This document shows positions 45,447-55,512 of a DNA stretch of 64,000 bases, one piece after another (positions within the stretch are counted from its first letter, which is position 1; every line of letters starts with the position of its first letter). The notes beneath the pieces were generated by a model. The model saw only the letters and a program-made list of their open reading frames with translations. It searched no databases and had not been told where the DNA came from. The stretch lies in the IMG/VR virus record IMGVR_UViG_3300006188_000008. One strand, 5' to 3'. Source of the stretch: a virus. Both the position numbers and the translations under genes were made by a program.

Positions 45447-45916
45447 AAGCTACTGTAAGGCCACAAGATATGTATTGTGTGGCGGATTGTAAAAATCATA
45501 AATTAACTTGTTATGATTTTAATAAGAAAGAAAGGTGGAATATTCCTTGCAGAGGGGATGGAGTAAACGGCCCTGGATTCAATGTTCAAGGTGGAGATAC
45601 TCCTCCAGGATTATATGAGATTGGAGTTATTATAGAAACTCAACCTCACGAAAGTCAAAAGACTTGGAATGCTTATGGTAAATTCTTTTGTGATTTGATT
45701 GAATTAGAAAATCAAGAAATATCTAGAGGCCGTGCAGGCTGTGGAGTTCATGGAGGAGGAAGTGCTTCTCCAAACCCTCTAGCTGATTTCCAAGGTTGGT
45801 ATCCTACGCTTGGGTGCCTGAGAATTCAGAACAAAGATTTGATTGATAAATTTGTGCCTATGTGTTTATTTGTAAAGAAAAATAAAGGCAAGATTTACGT
45901 AGAGGTTAATTGGTAA
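45443..45916 (+). CDS. YkuD-family (L,D-transpeptidase-like) cell-wall enzyme
   Basis: DTPPGLY, VHGG, TLGCLR (HG...T.GC catalytic motif). Confidence 0.75.
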   Translation: MKATVRPQDMYCVADCKNHKLTCYDFNKKERWNIPCRGDGVNGPGFNVQGGDTPPGLYEIGVIIETQPHESQKTWNAYGKFFCDLIELENQEISRGRAGCGVHGGGSASPNPLADFQGWYPTLGCLRIQNKDLIDKFVPMCLFVKKNKGKIYVEVNW

Positions 45917-46191
45917 TGTCTTTTTGTAGTAATCAATCACCTTTGACTGCTTTGTTGTTCGGAATAGGTAGAAATACGCAAGAATTTGAAGGAGGGAAAG
46001 CTATCCTTCATTCAGGACTAAGATCTAATTATAAAGATCCTCTTAATGCAGGAATTCCTTATCCAATAGAGATTGAAATGGTAAGTGGAAATATATGTGG
46101 CATAGCAAAACTACAATTAACTACTGAAGATGCTATTAGTTTAGCCGATCATATTTACGAATCTTATAAATTAAATATTCCAACTAAATGA
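45910..46191 (+). CDS. Hypothetical protein
   Basis: Coupled ORF. Confidence 0.45.
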   Translation: MVMSFCSNQSPLTALLFGIGRNTQEFEGGKAILHSGLRSNYKDPLNAGIPYPIEIEMVSGNICGIAKLQLTTEDAISLADHIYESYKLNIPTK

Positions 46192-46490
46192 CATTATTCA
46201 AATCAAAATATTCTACTAGATGGGGACAGTATTTATATGAATCTAAAAATTATAAATATTGTTCAGGGTTTGATTGTGAAGAATCTAGATTAATTTTTCT
46301 TAGAAGGTTTATGCAAGAATGGATACTGTAGATAAAATTTTTAGTTTAATGAAACTTAAACCTAATAACGTTCCATTAGCTGATTATCTTAAAATGACTG
46401 ACGAAGAATATAAAGCGTTTACTTATAGTCCTTTAAAATTCTTTTATAGTGATAAAGCTGAATCTTGGCTAACTAGAATAAAAGATAAGC

Positions 46491-46712
46491 TTGTTTAAAA
46501 AACTTAAAAAATTAATATATAGATTAATAGGGTATGAAGATTTAATTGTCTACTACCCTATTTATTTTTCTGGAGAACCTCATAAAGAAATTTGGGCTTG
46601 TGAGTGTTTGAAAACGAAAGCAATAGGATATGGATATACAAAAGATAAAGCGTTTTACGAAATGTGTTATGTTCGAGAAGTTCGTAAGAGAAAGCAAAAT
46701 AGAATACAGTGA
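46491..46712 (+). CDS. Hypothetical protein
   Basis: ORF in strand block. Confidence 0.45.
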   Translation: MFKKLKKLIYRLIGYEDLIVYYPIYFSGEPHKEIWACECLKTKAIGYGYTKDKAFYEMCYVREVRKRKQNRIQ

Positions 46713-46908
46713 CAATCACCTTGACATGTTTTCACATAATTTGACGGCTTTAAAGTTAAATTATAATAAGTATACGTTTGTGCAAGTTGTTCCAAACCAA
46801 CTCCTTAAAGATTCTTTAGTTTTTCCTACTTATTTGAATAATCTTTATGTTAAAATATGGAATCAAGGTGGAGCTAAAGAGTATGTATACAGAACTGAAG
46901 TCCTTTGA
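46630..46908 (+). CDS. Hypothetical protein
   Basis: ORF in strand block; start uncertain. Confidence 0.4.
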   Translation: MDIQKIKRFTKCVMFEKFVRESKIEYSDNHLDMFSHNLTALKLNYNKYTFVQVVPNQLLKDSLVFPTYLNNLYVKIWNQGGAKEYVYRTEVL

Positions 46909-46947
46909 TATTTCTGTTAAGAAAAGTTTTATTTACAAATATATATT

Positions 46948-47256
46948 ATGAATATTTATCTTAAAAAATTATATAATAAATTATTTCCTAATAAAAAACG
47001 TAGAGCATATAGTCCAAAATTTGTAGATTATTTCCTAAATTTCTGTAGATATACTTTTCCATCTAGGCAAATATATATTGATTATGCTTCAGTTGCTTAT
47101 TGTAGCTTTAAAGTAAATAATTATACTATAGCCTTAAGTGAATGTAGACTTCCTGTTACAGGCGGAACTAAAGAACAAGTGTTACGTTATGGAGGATATT
47201 ATTTACTTAATGATCCTAAAGTTGTTTATGATTTTTGTAAGTATAGGGTATTATAA
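46948..47256 (+). CDS. Hypothetical protein
   Basis: ORF in strand block. Confidence 0.5.
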   Translation: MNIYLKKLYNKLFPNKKRRAYSPKFVDYFLNFCRYTFPSRQIYIDYASVAYCSFKVNNYTIALSECRLPVTGGTKEQVLRYGGYYLLNDPKVVYDFCKYRVL

Positions 47257-47453
47257 TGTTAGAACTAATTAGAGAAAAATGTTTTACAATTAAGAGTTTT
47301 GAAGAAAAAGATATTTTATATTATAAAACTTTTAATAATTATTCTTATGGATATCAAGGAGAAAAAAATAAAGTTGAAGATTTATTCCCTAAACTTATGA
47401 ATAGTTTTTCTAAACAAATACTACCTGATTTCTTTATGAGGTATATACTGTAA
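47256..47453 (+). CDS. Hypothetical protein
   Basis: TAATG coupling. Confidence 0.5.
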   Translation: MLELIREKCFTIKSFEEKDILYYKTFNNYSYGYQGEKNKVEDLFPKLMNSFSKQILPDFFMRYIL

Positions 47454-47806
47454 TGCCTTTATTTAGTTCTTTAGAAGATCTTGAAACTTATTGTAAAGAA
47501 GACGATTGGAATGGAGGCGGAGAAGAGGCTATTACTCAAGAGAGTATAGATCTAGCTGCTTGCCTCTTAGACACATTAAAAGGTATCTCTCATGACATTG
47601 AAGCAACTGCGGGAGGTTTAATAGAGTTAACTTTTTATATCACCAATAATGCTGAATTAAAGGTCTTTATAAGCGAAAAAACCCATACACTGGGTTTTTT
47701 TAATGGGAATCTAGAGTTTGAGAAGAAACTAGCTAATTCGAAGGTTCGTCAGACGGTGGAGGCGATTGAGGGGTTTCTTCGTTTTTACTCTCTTGTATAC
47801 GTTTAA
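47453..47806 (+). CDS. Hypothetical protein
   Basis: DDWNGGG..AI...SI..A motif seen in small phage proteins. Confidence 0.55.
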   Translation: MPLFSSLEDLETYCKEDDWNGGGEEAITQESIDLAACLLDTLKGISHDIEATAGGLIELTFYITNNAELKVFISEKTHTLGFFNGNLEFEKKLANSKVRQTVEAIEGFLRFYSLVYV

Positions 47807-48266
47807 ATAATTGTTCAACAATATCCTCAGTGTAATCTGAAATTCGACCGATGTCTTTGTCATCAAACACATCAGAAGTATTTTTGAAGACACTTGAGGA
47901 TTCTTTTATTATTACGTAAGATAACATGGTAAGCATAAAAGGTATAGCTACAAGCTTTAATGGAGCTAATCCAACAAGAATAGCAGTAGCACATAAGAAT
48001 CCATATTTAAGAATCTTTTTTATACTTTTACCAAATAAAGCTGTTATACTAAAATTATCTCTCTTTAAAGATAAAACTAGGCCTAACATAGTATCTAAAG
48101 TAACTAAAGATAGAACGATAATGAAAGACGGATTAACAATTAAATGGTGAAGAGTTAGATAATAAAAACTTGTGATAAATCCGAATGCGGCACTAATATA
48201 TTTAGTAACGTCAACATTAGTTCCTATTGTATCGGTCATATTATAAGCTATTTTATTCATTATCAC
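47733..48266 (-). CDS. Holin (phage_holin_4_1-like)
   Basis: Three or four TM segments, LD...G, KK, E..S...N pattern. Confidence 0.7.
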   Translation of the reverse strand: MIMNKIAYNMTDTIGTNVDVTKYISAAFGFITSFYYLTLHHLIVNPSFIIVLSLVTLDTMLGLVLSLKRDNFSITALFGKSIKKILKYGFLCATAILVGLAPLKLVAIPFMLTMLSYVIIKESSSVFKNTSDVFDDKDIGRISDYTEDIVEQLFKRIQESKNEETPQSPPPSDEPSN

Positions 48267-48292
48267 ACCTTATTAATTAATAATTATTCTAT

Positions 48293-48985
48293 TTATACCT
48301 TTAATAATAATTCCGTATTAGATATAGCAATTCCAATATATTGCTCAATTGTCGGAGGAGTATCTACCAATTCCCCAGCATTGGTATCAGAAAGATAATA
48401 ACTATCCCCTGGAGTTAAATCTGTGGCTCCAATCACATTCGTCCAGTCAAGCAAAGTAATAATTCCTGAAAAAATAATTTTTAAGTCTTCAGTTGGATCA
48501 GCTTGAGTTAAAGCAAGAGCAAAACCAAGATTAGACATACTGTCAGATTGAGCCTTTTTAACTCCGGCGGAATTGTCAACCTTGACCACCATACCCGCAT
48601 AAATAGTATCTGTGCTTTCATTATTTAATCTTACAATTTGACTGTCTTCTCTAAGAGCAAGGGTGCCTTCTTGGAGAGGAAAATAAAAAGTTTTAGAACC
48701 AGTCGAAGACATTTTAAGAACAATAGAATTTTTAGAACGGTCATATATAGTTAATTCATTATTACTAACTGATAAACATTCCCATCCTAGAGAGGTAAAT
48801 GCAATTTTTCCTTCTTCCGAAAGATAAAATCCCGTTCTTTCATCTCCTTGAAAACAGACACTAGGATTATTTTCTGCACCTTGGATAACAGGTAATTCTC
48901 TTAACAGTAAATTACTTCTATCGACTGTAAGATACTTATCTCCAGCATTTAGAATATAAATTAAATCATTTTGATAAAAAGCCAT
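48293..48985 (-). CDS. Tail fibre-associated protein
   Basis: PSVCFQGD..TGFY repeat unit and LTPG..YYLS.T.AG C-terminal domain. Confidence 0.6.
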   Translation of the reverse strand: MAFYQNDLIYILNAGDKYLTVDRSNLLLRELPVIQGAENNPSVCFQGDERTGFYLSEEGKIAFTSLGWECLSVSNNELTIYDRSKNSIVLKMSSTGSKTFYFPLQEGTLALREDSQIVRLNNESTDTIYAGMVVKVDNSAGVKKAQSDSMSNLGFALALTQADPTEDLKIIFSGIITLLDWTNVIGATDLTPGDSYYLSDTNAGELVDTPPTIEQYIGIAISNTELLLKV

Positions 48986-48990
48986 ATAAA

Positions 48991-49314
48991 TTAATTCTCT
49001 ATTTCTCTAGAAGTAAGTCTATAACATTTATAGTTATATTCTTCAGAAATAGGTAGTCTCTCTTCTAAGATATATACTTCATAAATATTATTTTTGTTTT
49101 CAACTTCGTTATAAATTATTATTCTATTACAAACATTTTTTACTTGTAATTCAAAATTAGCTATAGAAATATTAGGATATTTATTAATAAAATAGTAAAC
49201 ACAAGCACCTAAAGGATCACAATTAGAACAAGTAGGACATTCTAAAATAAAATATTCTTCTTCTATTTCTAATTTTATACTAAATTTACAGCCCATATTA
49301 AGATTTACTTTCAT
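48991..49314 (-). CDS. Hypothetical protein
   Basis: Within tail operon. Confidence 0.5.
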   Translation of the reverse strand: MKVNLNMGCKFSIKLEIEEEYFILECPTCSNCDPLGACVYYFINKYPNISIANFELQVKNVCNRIIIYNEVENKNNIYEVYILEERLPISEEYNYKCYRLTSREIEN

Positions 49315-52171
49315 ATATTCTAGATTTGTGAATCCATGTAGCTCTTTTATCAGTAAACATTAAAGTGTCAAAATCTTTAATATTTGGTTGACGAACCTTG
49401 TAACCTGTATCTCCTTGATCATATAAAGGCTCTCCAGGAGGCCGCCCAACAGGCACTTCCCCGGGAATATCGGATGAGGTATATATGTCTCTAGAATCTA
49501 TTTCAGGATCTGCTGGATTAGCTACTTTAATACTGTAATAATAAATTCGTCTAACTTGAACGTCGATAGCTTCATCTACTATTTTCTTTTCTTCTAAAAC
49601 AATTGTAAAAATAAAAGGTTTGACTGAATCGTCATCGTCAGACTGGCAAGCTTTCATTTTAGGAGCGCCATAAGCATAAGGATTCCAAATATAATCTCCA
49701 TCTTTGAAAGAGAAATCACTTTCTTCAGAGTTATAATCATAATCTCTCATTTCTTCATAACTGCCTAAGCGAACAGTAGAAAGTTTGCTAGAAGAATCTG
49801 TATTCCATATTTGTAAAACAGGGTATGGGTAACAGTCCCCATTATTATCCGAATGTTCGTCTCTTAAAATTGCAATATAATGAAGGTCTTGATATTTAAA
49901 AGGAATCCATTGCCAAACAGCATCAGGTTCTGGAATGTTTGTAAAAGTTTTTGTATAAGATTGAATTCCACTAGCACTAGTTATACCTGTTCTAGAACCA
50001 CCAAAAGATAAGGTTTCTTCACAATCTCTTTTGTTAGAAATATCAATTTCTATAACTGAATTGTCTGCTTTTAATCCGTAAAGTTTAGTGTGCCATAAAT
50101 AACCTAAAGAATAATTAAAAACATGTTTCCAGACAGGTCTAGAACCTTTATCTTCCATACTATAACTAGTTCTAGATTGAGGGTCGGGTCCTAAGCCTGG
50201 CCCAGGACAAGGCTCATTTACTTGAGGCCAACTATCAGGATCTGTGCCTACATTACCATTATAAACAGGATGAAAGGTGCTATTTACATTCCAACCAAAA
50301 CCTCTACTTACCCCTTGAAAACACTCTGTTCCATCTCTAAATACAGTCCAAAAATAAACAGTAGCTGAAGCTCCAGAATCTTCTTGAGTATAATCATTAC
50401 TCCCGCCATTTGGACGTAAGGCTCCAGTTTGGCTTGCTGCATAGCGAATCGCCTCTGGTTCCATAACTACAAACCAAATTACTTTATCTTGATCAACAAC
50501 TGCTCCACCAGGTCTAGTATTTGTATCACTAGGCCATTGTTTTTCGGCAGCATAAGCCAATCTATTAATAAAGCCATTTTGAGTAGGGAATCTTTGATAG
50601 TTAGCTCCAGCACAGGGCATAAATATTGGCCAACACTTATAAAATTTATTGTAAAAAGAAGAAGAAGCTAATAAAGAAATATCTCCATAAACTTTATAGA
50701 TAGAAGGATTATCTAAAATAGAATCACCTGAAAATTGATAAACTAAAGGAAATGGCGCTGCTAGAATCTCAGACTCAAAGCCTACAATTCTTGGAGCATT
50801 GCTAGATACTAAAGTTCTAGAAATTCCTCTAGTTCCTACACTACCATCTCCTTTATAGCCTTTAAATGCCCAATATAAATTGTTCCAATTATCAGGATTT
50901 AATAGATCTTGAGTTCCTCCTACAATGGGAACAAAAAATTGCTCATCAATTGCAGCCAAAGGTCCTGTTTGTTCAGTTCCTATGTCTAAAACATCAGGAA
51001 CAATGGAAGGACCTCCTGTAGGAATATCTGCATGATTTATTTCATTAACAGTGCTCCAAGCTTTATCTTGTGAATTAAACTCCCAAAATTGCAGTTTTTC
51101 ATTAGAACCTCCTAAGCCTTTTGCACAGTAAGGAAGTAAAGCGTAGTATTTATTTATTTTTAAATTAGCATTTTCAGGATCTGTTTTTTCGAATCCATAA
51201 ACTGTTCCATTATAAGTCTGTTTATTAACAGTCGCTGTAGCCTTTTCAAAATCATTACTATTATTATATTTAAAAGAAAGCAATCTATTTTGAGTGGGGG
51301 TGTCCGTCTTTAAAATAATAGTAGCCCATTTAGATCCTTTATCATAAAAAAATTGACTAGAACGATCTGAGTTTTGAGAAGAAACACTGCCTCCTGAAAA
51401 GAAAAATTCGCTATAAGCTCTAACATATCTGCCATTAAAGTCATAAGCAGCCATGCCATAACCCGTATTAGAATCATCTCCTTCAATCGGATAAGCTGTC
51501 ATATATAAATCTTGCCCATCTTCAGGTTGACAACGAGCTATTCCAAATGGATATAAATTTTCTCTAATGATTTGATTACTTTCAGTCCAATCAATATAGG
51601 TGGGAAGTGTGTAAAATTCTTGAGTAGAAGAATTTGGGCCTATTCTATAAACACCAGAAACAAGGGCCGGACCTGTAGGATTTTGAGTAAAATACCTATG
51701 AGCTTGAAACCATTCATTTATCCCTTCAACAACGGGATTTACAGGAGTTTCACCGTGAATATTTAAGTTACCACGTTTCACTAATTGACGAATATAAGGC
51801 TTCTGTCTAGTTCTGTCATAAAAACAGACTTGAACCGTATCTCCTTTATTGATTTTATATCCTCTTGCAGGAATTATACTGGCTACTCTAGATAAATAAC
51901 CTAATTCATTAGTAGCTTTATCCGTGTTTAAAGTAAGAATACCATTAGAATAGTCCCAGGAATCTCCACCAAATTTAATTAGGTCATAAGTATTATCCTC
52001 ATAGGACTCCATGACCGTGTAATTTTCTCCCATAGGATATCTGAATTCGGTTCTATTAACCTGGTTAGCCGTTTTTTTAAGAAAATTTAATTTATTATTT
52101 ACTTTTAAATATTGTCCAGAGATAGAAGTATCTTTAGCTAAGCTAGGAAGGTAGAAGGTAAAATCACCCAT
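49298..52171 (-). CDS. Large tail tip / receptor-binding protein (putative)
   Basis: 957 aa, beta-rich, position after hub genes. Confidence 0.55.
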   Translation of the reverse strand: MGDFTFYLPSLAKDTSISGQYLKVNNKLNFLKKTANQVNRTEFRYPMGENYTVMESYEDNTYDLIKFGGDSWDYSNGILTLNTDKATNELGYLSRVASIIPARGYKINKGDTVQVCFYDRTRQKPYIRQLVKRGNLNIHGETPVNPVVEGINEWFQAHRYFTQNPTGPALVSGVYRIGPNSSTQEFYTLPTYIDWTESNQIIRENLYPFGIARCQPEDGQDLYMTAYPIEGDDSNTGYGMAAYDFNGRYVRAYSEFFFSGGSVSSQNSDRSSQFFYDKGSKWATIILKTDTPTQNRLLSFKYNNSNDFEKATATVNKQTYNGTVYGFEKTDPENANLKINKYYALLPYCAKGLGGSNEKLQFWEFNSQDKAWSTVNEINHADIPTGGPSIVPDVLDIGTEQTGPLAAIDEQFFVPIVGGTQDLLNPDNWNNLYWAFKGYKGDGSVGTRGISRTLVSSNAPRIVGFESEILAAPFPLVYQFSGDSILDNPSIYKVYGDISLLASSSFYNKFYKCWPIFMPCAGANYQRFPTQNGFINRLAYAAEKQWPSDTNTRPGGAVVDQDKVIWFVVMEPEAIRYAASQTGALRPNGGSNDYTQEDSGASATVYFWTVFRDGTECFQGVSRGFGWNVNSTFHPVYNGNVGTDPDSWPQVNEPCPGPGLGPDPQSRTSYSMEDKGSRPVWKHVFNYSLGYLWHTKLYGLKADNSVIEIDISNKRDCEETLSFGGSRTGITSASGIQSYTKTFTNIPEPDAVWQWIPFKYQDLHYIAILRDEHSDNNGDCYPYPVLQIWNTDSSSKLSTVRLGSYEEMRDYDYNSEESDFSFKDGDYIWNPYAYGAPKMKACQSDDDDSVKPFIFTIVLEEKKIVDEAIDVQVRRIYYYSIKVANPADPEIDSRDIYTSSDIPGEVPVGRPPGEPLYDQGDTGYKVRQPNIKDFDTLMFTDKRATWIHKSRIYESKS

Positions 52172-52176
52172 GAGAT

Positions 52177-52434
52177 TTAATCTCCGCCTTTTTGAGCTGC
52201 TATCCCTACGATGGCCCAGTCACCGCCGAATTTTTCAATAGTAACCCATTGACCTTCTTTAAATTTAAAAGATCCTCCTAGAGAGACTATAGTAGTAATA
52301 GGAATTCCTGCAGAAGTTTCTACGTTAAAATAACCTCCAGTTAAGACATCAGTAACTACAGCAATCTTACTGAAATTCTCTACTACAGTTTTATTATCAA
52401 TATTTTTGGAAAGTTTTTTAAGAAAATCTTTCAT
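52177..52434 (-). CDS. Small tail-tip OB-fold protein (putative)
   Basis: F..GQWVTI...GG.W.IVG pattern. Confidence 0.5.
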   Translation of the reverse strand: MKDFLKKLSKNIDNKTVVENFSKIAVVTDVLTGGYFNVETSAGIPITTIVSLGGSFKFKEGQWVTIEKFGGDWAIVGIAAQKGGD

Positions 52435-54215
52435 TACATTCTTCCTCGGCTAATGTTTAAAGTCATAGTAATTTCGTCACCATCTAAATCAATAATAACT
52501 TCTTCTACAAGCCATTTAACGTTTATGAATTTTAATTCATAATCAGTTATAGAAATACAGTCACCTGGTTCAATAAACGGATTAACAAAAGGAGTTTCTA
52601 GTTTACCTTTTAGAACTTTTCTAGTGGCTTCCTTTAACATAGCTTGAGCATATTGAACGGCTACACCTTGATTAGGAATAATTGAATCTTCAATATTAGA
52701 ATATTCAGGTCTTAGTCCTAAACAAGCAACTCCATCATTATCTATAGCTGTAAATTTATATTCAGTATCAATTCCAGATACACCGTTTTTCTTACCAAAA
52801 TAAGTAACTTTATATCTAGGAGTATAACTAAATACTTGTAGAGATTGGCCATAATTCATACCACCAACTCCACTATTAGCGTTGCCCTGTTGGGCATTTC
52901 CCTGAGAAGTATTTCCAATATTAGGTTTATATGTAAACTTAACATTAGCTGTAGGAATAGCAGATTGCAGATAAATCCCATCAGGACCTCGAGCAATACT
53001 GTCTACTAGTGGATTATTATTAGCGTCAAAATATACAAAATCAATTAAATCACCGTTAGTAACTTCGTAAACAGCAGTAGCGAAATTAACAGGAGTATCA
53101 AAAGTAATGTTACCAGTCCTGCCAGGACAAGAGAATCCTATGCATTCTTGTTCACCAATAATGCCCCCGTTAGGAGAAGTTCTAGCAATCTGAAATCTAT
53201 TTCTATAGTCGGATAAATCTAAATCTATATCAAAACTACCGTCAATAATATGACTACCTTCCACAATATTCCATTTAGGAACTTGTTCATCAGCAGTTAA
53301 AGTTGGAGCAAAAGTTAAAGTATTTCCAACCCATTTACGTTTAGCTTGTCTAATACGACAAATCATATCAATCCAATTAAGAGGTTTATCTTCTGTTCTT
53401 CTTAAAAGCCTAATAAGAAAATCAGGGAAATTAACAACTACGTTAGGAATGCCATAACGATTACAAATTTCCTTAATAGTAGATTGAGCATATCTAACTA
53501 CCCCAGCATCAGAATTAATATCGGGAGTCATAGATTGACCTTCTTGTTCTAGAAGAACCGTATAATCTTCTATACGGATATTAAATTCAGTTCCGTCAAA
53601 ACTCCAAGAACTTGGGACCATGTTAGTATAAGTATATTCTTGATAAGTTTCATATCCAATAGCTAATTTAAGTTGAAAATAAGCTTTAACAGAATTGTTA
53701 AAATTATTAGGAACAAGTGGATTAGGAAATATAGTTTGGAATGGAGAGCTAAAAGGAGAAGCACATAAGCCATTATAAAGAGGATTAATAAATTGGGCTT
53801 GTAACGCCAAAATACTTTCCATAAACTCAGAACCTTCCGTAGGTTCTACCATAGTTATTTCAGCATAAGTCTTACCACCTAAAGTTTTATTTACATTTAA
53901 TTTAGTAATAAATCTAGTATAGTCAGTTGGACCTCCGTTGTGGTAAAGAGTTAATGTGGGAAAGGAATAAGGAGTTATTAATTCAGTAAATTCCGTATCA
54001 CTGACATTATTGTGAAAAGTTAAACTGTCATAAACAGCTGCATCAAACATAAAAAATTCTGCATTATCAGAACAATTCAAGACAGCTCTAGTTTTAAATT
54101 CCGCATTATCTCCACAAATTATTTCGTCAGAGAAAGTGAATGTTGAACCTTGAGCACAATTAATTTGCCCAAAACAGCTAAATTCACTATTTTGAGCGCA
54201 CTGAATGAGAGCCAT
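52434..54215 (-). CDS. Tail hub / baseplate protein (putative)
   Basis: NPFIEPGD.I.I, W.VEEV...T..L C-terminal hub pattern. Confidence 0.6.
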   Translation of the reverse strand: MALIQCAQNSEFSCFGQINCAQGSTFTFSDEIICGDNAEFKTRAVLNCSDNAEFFMFDAAVYDSLTFHNNVSDTEFTELITPYSFPTLTLYHNGGPTDYTRFITKLNVNKTLGGKTYAEITMVEPTEGSEFMESILALQAQFINPLYNGLCASPFSSPFQTIFPNPLVPNNFNNSVKAYFQLKLAIGYETYQEYTYTNMVPSSWSFDGTEFNIRIEDYTVLLEQEGQSMTPDINSDAGVVRYAQSTIKEICNRYGIPNVVVNFPDFLIRLLRRTEDKPLNWIDMICRIRQAKRKWVGNTLTFAPTLTADEQVPKWNIVEGSHIIDGSFDIDLDLSDYRNRFQIARTSPNGGIIGEQECIGFSCPGRTGNITFDTPVNFATAVYEVTNGDLIDFVYFDANNNPLVDSIARGPDGIYLQSAIPTANVKFTYKPNIGNTSQGNAQQGNANSGVGGMNYGQSLQVFSYTPRYKVTYFGKKNGVSGIDTEYKFTAIDNDGVACLGLRPEYSNIEDSIIPNQGVAVQYAQAMLKEATRKVLKGKLETPFVNPFIEPGDCISITDYELKFINVKWLVEEVIIDLDGDEITMTLNISRGRM

Positions 54216-54221
54216 TAGGCT

Positions 54222-55043
54222 TTACTCCGAATCTCCAATTAAGCTATGTTTAAACTGGAATCTACCATTATTGGGTGCTGGAACATTTGCATAAGCAGTA
54301 AATTTACCACATACAGCAATATAATCGTTATTTTCTAATTCTCCCGAAGGGACTGAGAGAGAGAAATCTTCTCCGGCCCAACGAGTGGCCGTAGAGAAAG
54401 AACCAATTCCTGAAGGTGCAGTCTTTCTGTTAGAACTAGAAAGAGCAGAATTTTTACTTGTAGAAAGAGCAAATTGTATCTCTGCACTTGCAAAATAAGT
54501 AGCAATACTTCCAAATCCGTCTTGAGGATCATTATCCGTTCCCCAAATAATGCCACAAGTAGAGCTGTTAACTGAACCTGTAATTAAACCAAGCTGAACT
54601 CCGTCTAAGCTTTCCCAGCGAATAACACTATTAGCATCCCAAACTATAGAACCAATTATGGGAGTGGTTCCGGTTAAAGTTAAGGTTTCATTAGTCCAAC
54701 TTCCTGAAACTTTACCTGTTATTTTAATTCTTCCGGTATCATTAGTGTTTGTGGAAACAATACTAGCATTACCTGAAGTGCTATTAGTTCTTGCTCCAGC
54801 TCTATTGCTAAACCTAGCATTACTTAATACACCAGGACTAGTTTGTTCCATTCTACGATAGAAAATTGTATAATAATCTTGATCAGTAGAATCAAGACGA
54901 ATATCTCCAAATAAACCACCTAAAGTAGCGGGATTTACAGGAGAACCTAAATCAATAGCTCCTCCTAAAGTATCAGTATCATTAAGAGGAATACCATCAG
55001 AACCTAGATAAGTTTTAGAGTCATCTCTTGTGGGGCTTGCCAT
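54222..55043 (-). CDS. Minor tail protein
   Basis: G/S/T-rich virion-type protein in tail operon. Confidence 0.55.
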   Translation of the reverse strand: MASPTRDDSKTYLGSDGIPLNDTDTLGGAIDLGSPVNPATLGGLFGDIRLDSTDQDYYTIFYRRMEQTSPGVLSNARFSNRAGARTNSTSGNASIVSTNTNDTGRIKITGKVSGSWTNETLTLTGTTPIIGSIVWDANSVIRWESLDGVQLGLITGSVNSSTCGIIWGTDNDPQDGFGSIATYFASAEIQFALSTSKNSALSSSNRKTAPSGIGSFSTATRWAGEDFSLSVPSGELENNDYIAVCGKFTAYANVPAPNNGRFQFKHSLIGDSE

Positions 55044-55048
55044 AAATA

Positions 55049-55504
55049 TTAACCTGCGAATCCTTGTGTAGTGGTTTTTAATATATAGAGCTGAACTTCA
55101 GCCTTTAAAAAGTAAGCTTTACCTGTGTCTTTGTTTTCGTTATTGTCGTATCCAGAAGCAGTGAATCCGCTTTCTTTGAATTTAGCAAAGTAACGAGTAG
55201 CTCCAGAATCAAAACTAACTAAAATAACATTAGGTCTAGCTGTATACATTGTTTTTAATTTAGTCATTTCTTCGTCAGAAATAGAATGTATTGTGTAATC
55301 AATTTCAGCGTGATTAATATTTGTTCCTACAGATTTATGCACACGGTTACCCGGACCCGAAGCGGTATTCCTCATCTGGTAAGTTTTATCTGTAGTTGTA
55401 TAATGAATTTCCGGATAAGGATCTGGAAGTTTTAAGGCATAGTCATACAGATTTACTGTATTCGTTCCATCAGGACTAGCCATTTTAATATATCTACGTG
55501 CCAT
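55049..55504 (-). CDS. Distal tail-like protein
   Basis: About 150 aa, directly after tape measure. Confidence 0.55.
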   Translation of the reverse strand: MARRYIKMASPDGTNTVNLYDYALKLPDPYPEIHYTTTDKTYQMRNTASGPGNRVHKSVGTNINHAEIDYTIHSISDEEMTKLKTMYTARPNVILVSFDSGATRYFAKFKESGFTASGYDNNENKDTGKAYFLKAEVQLYILKTTTQGFAG

Positions 55505-55512
55505 TATATTTC

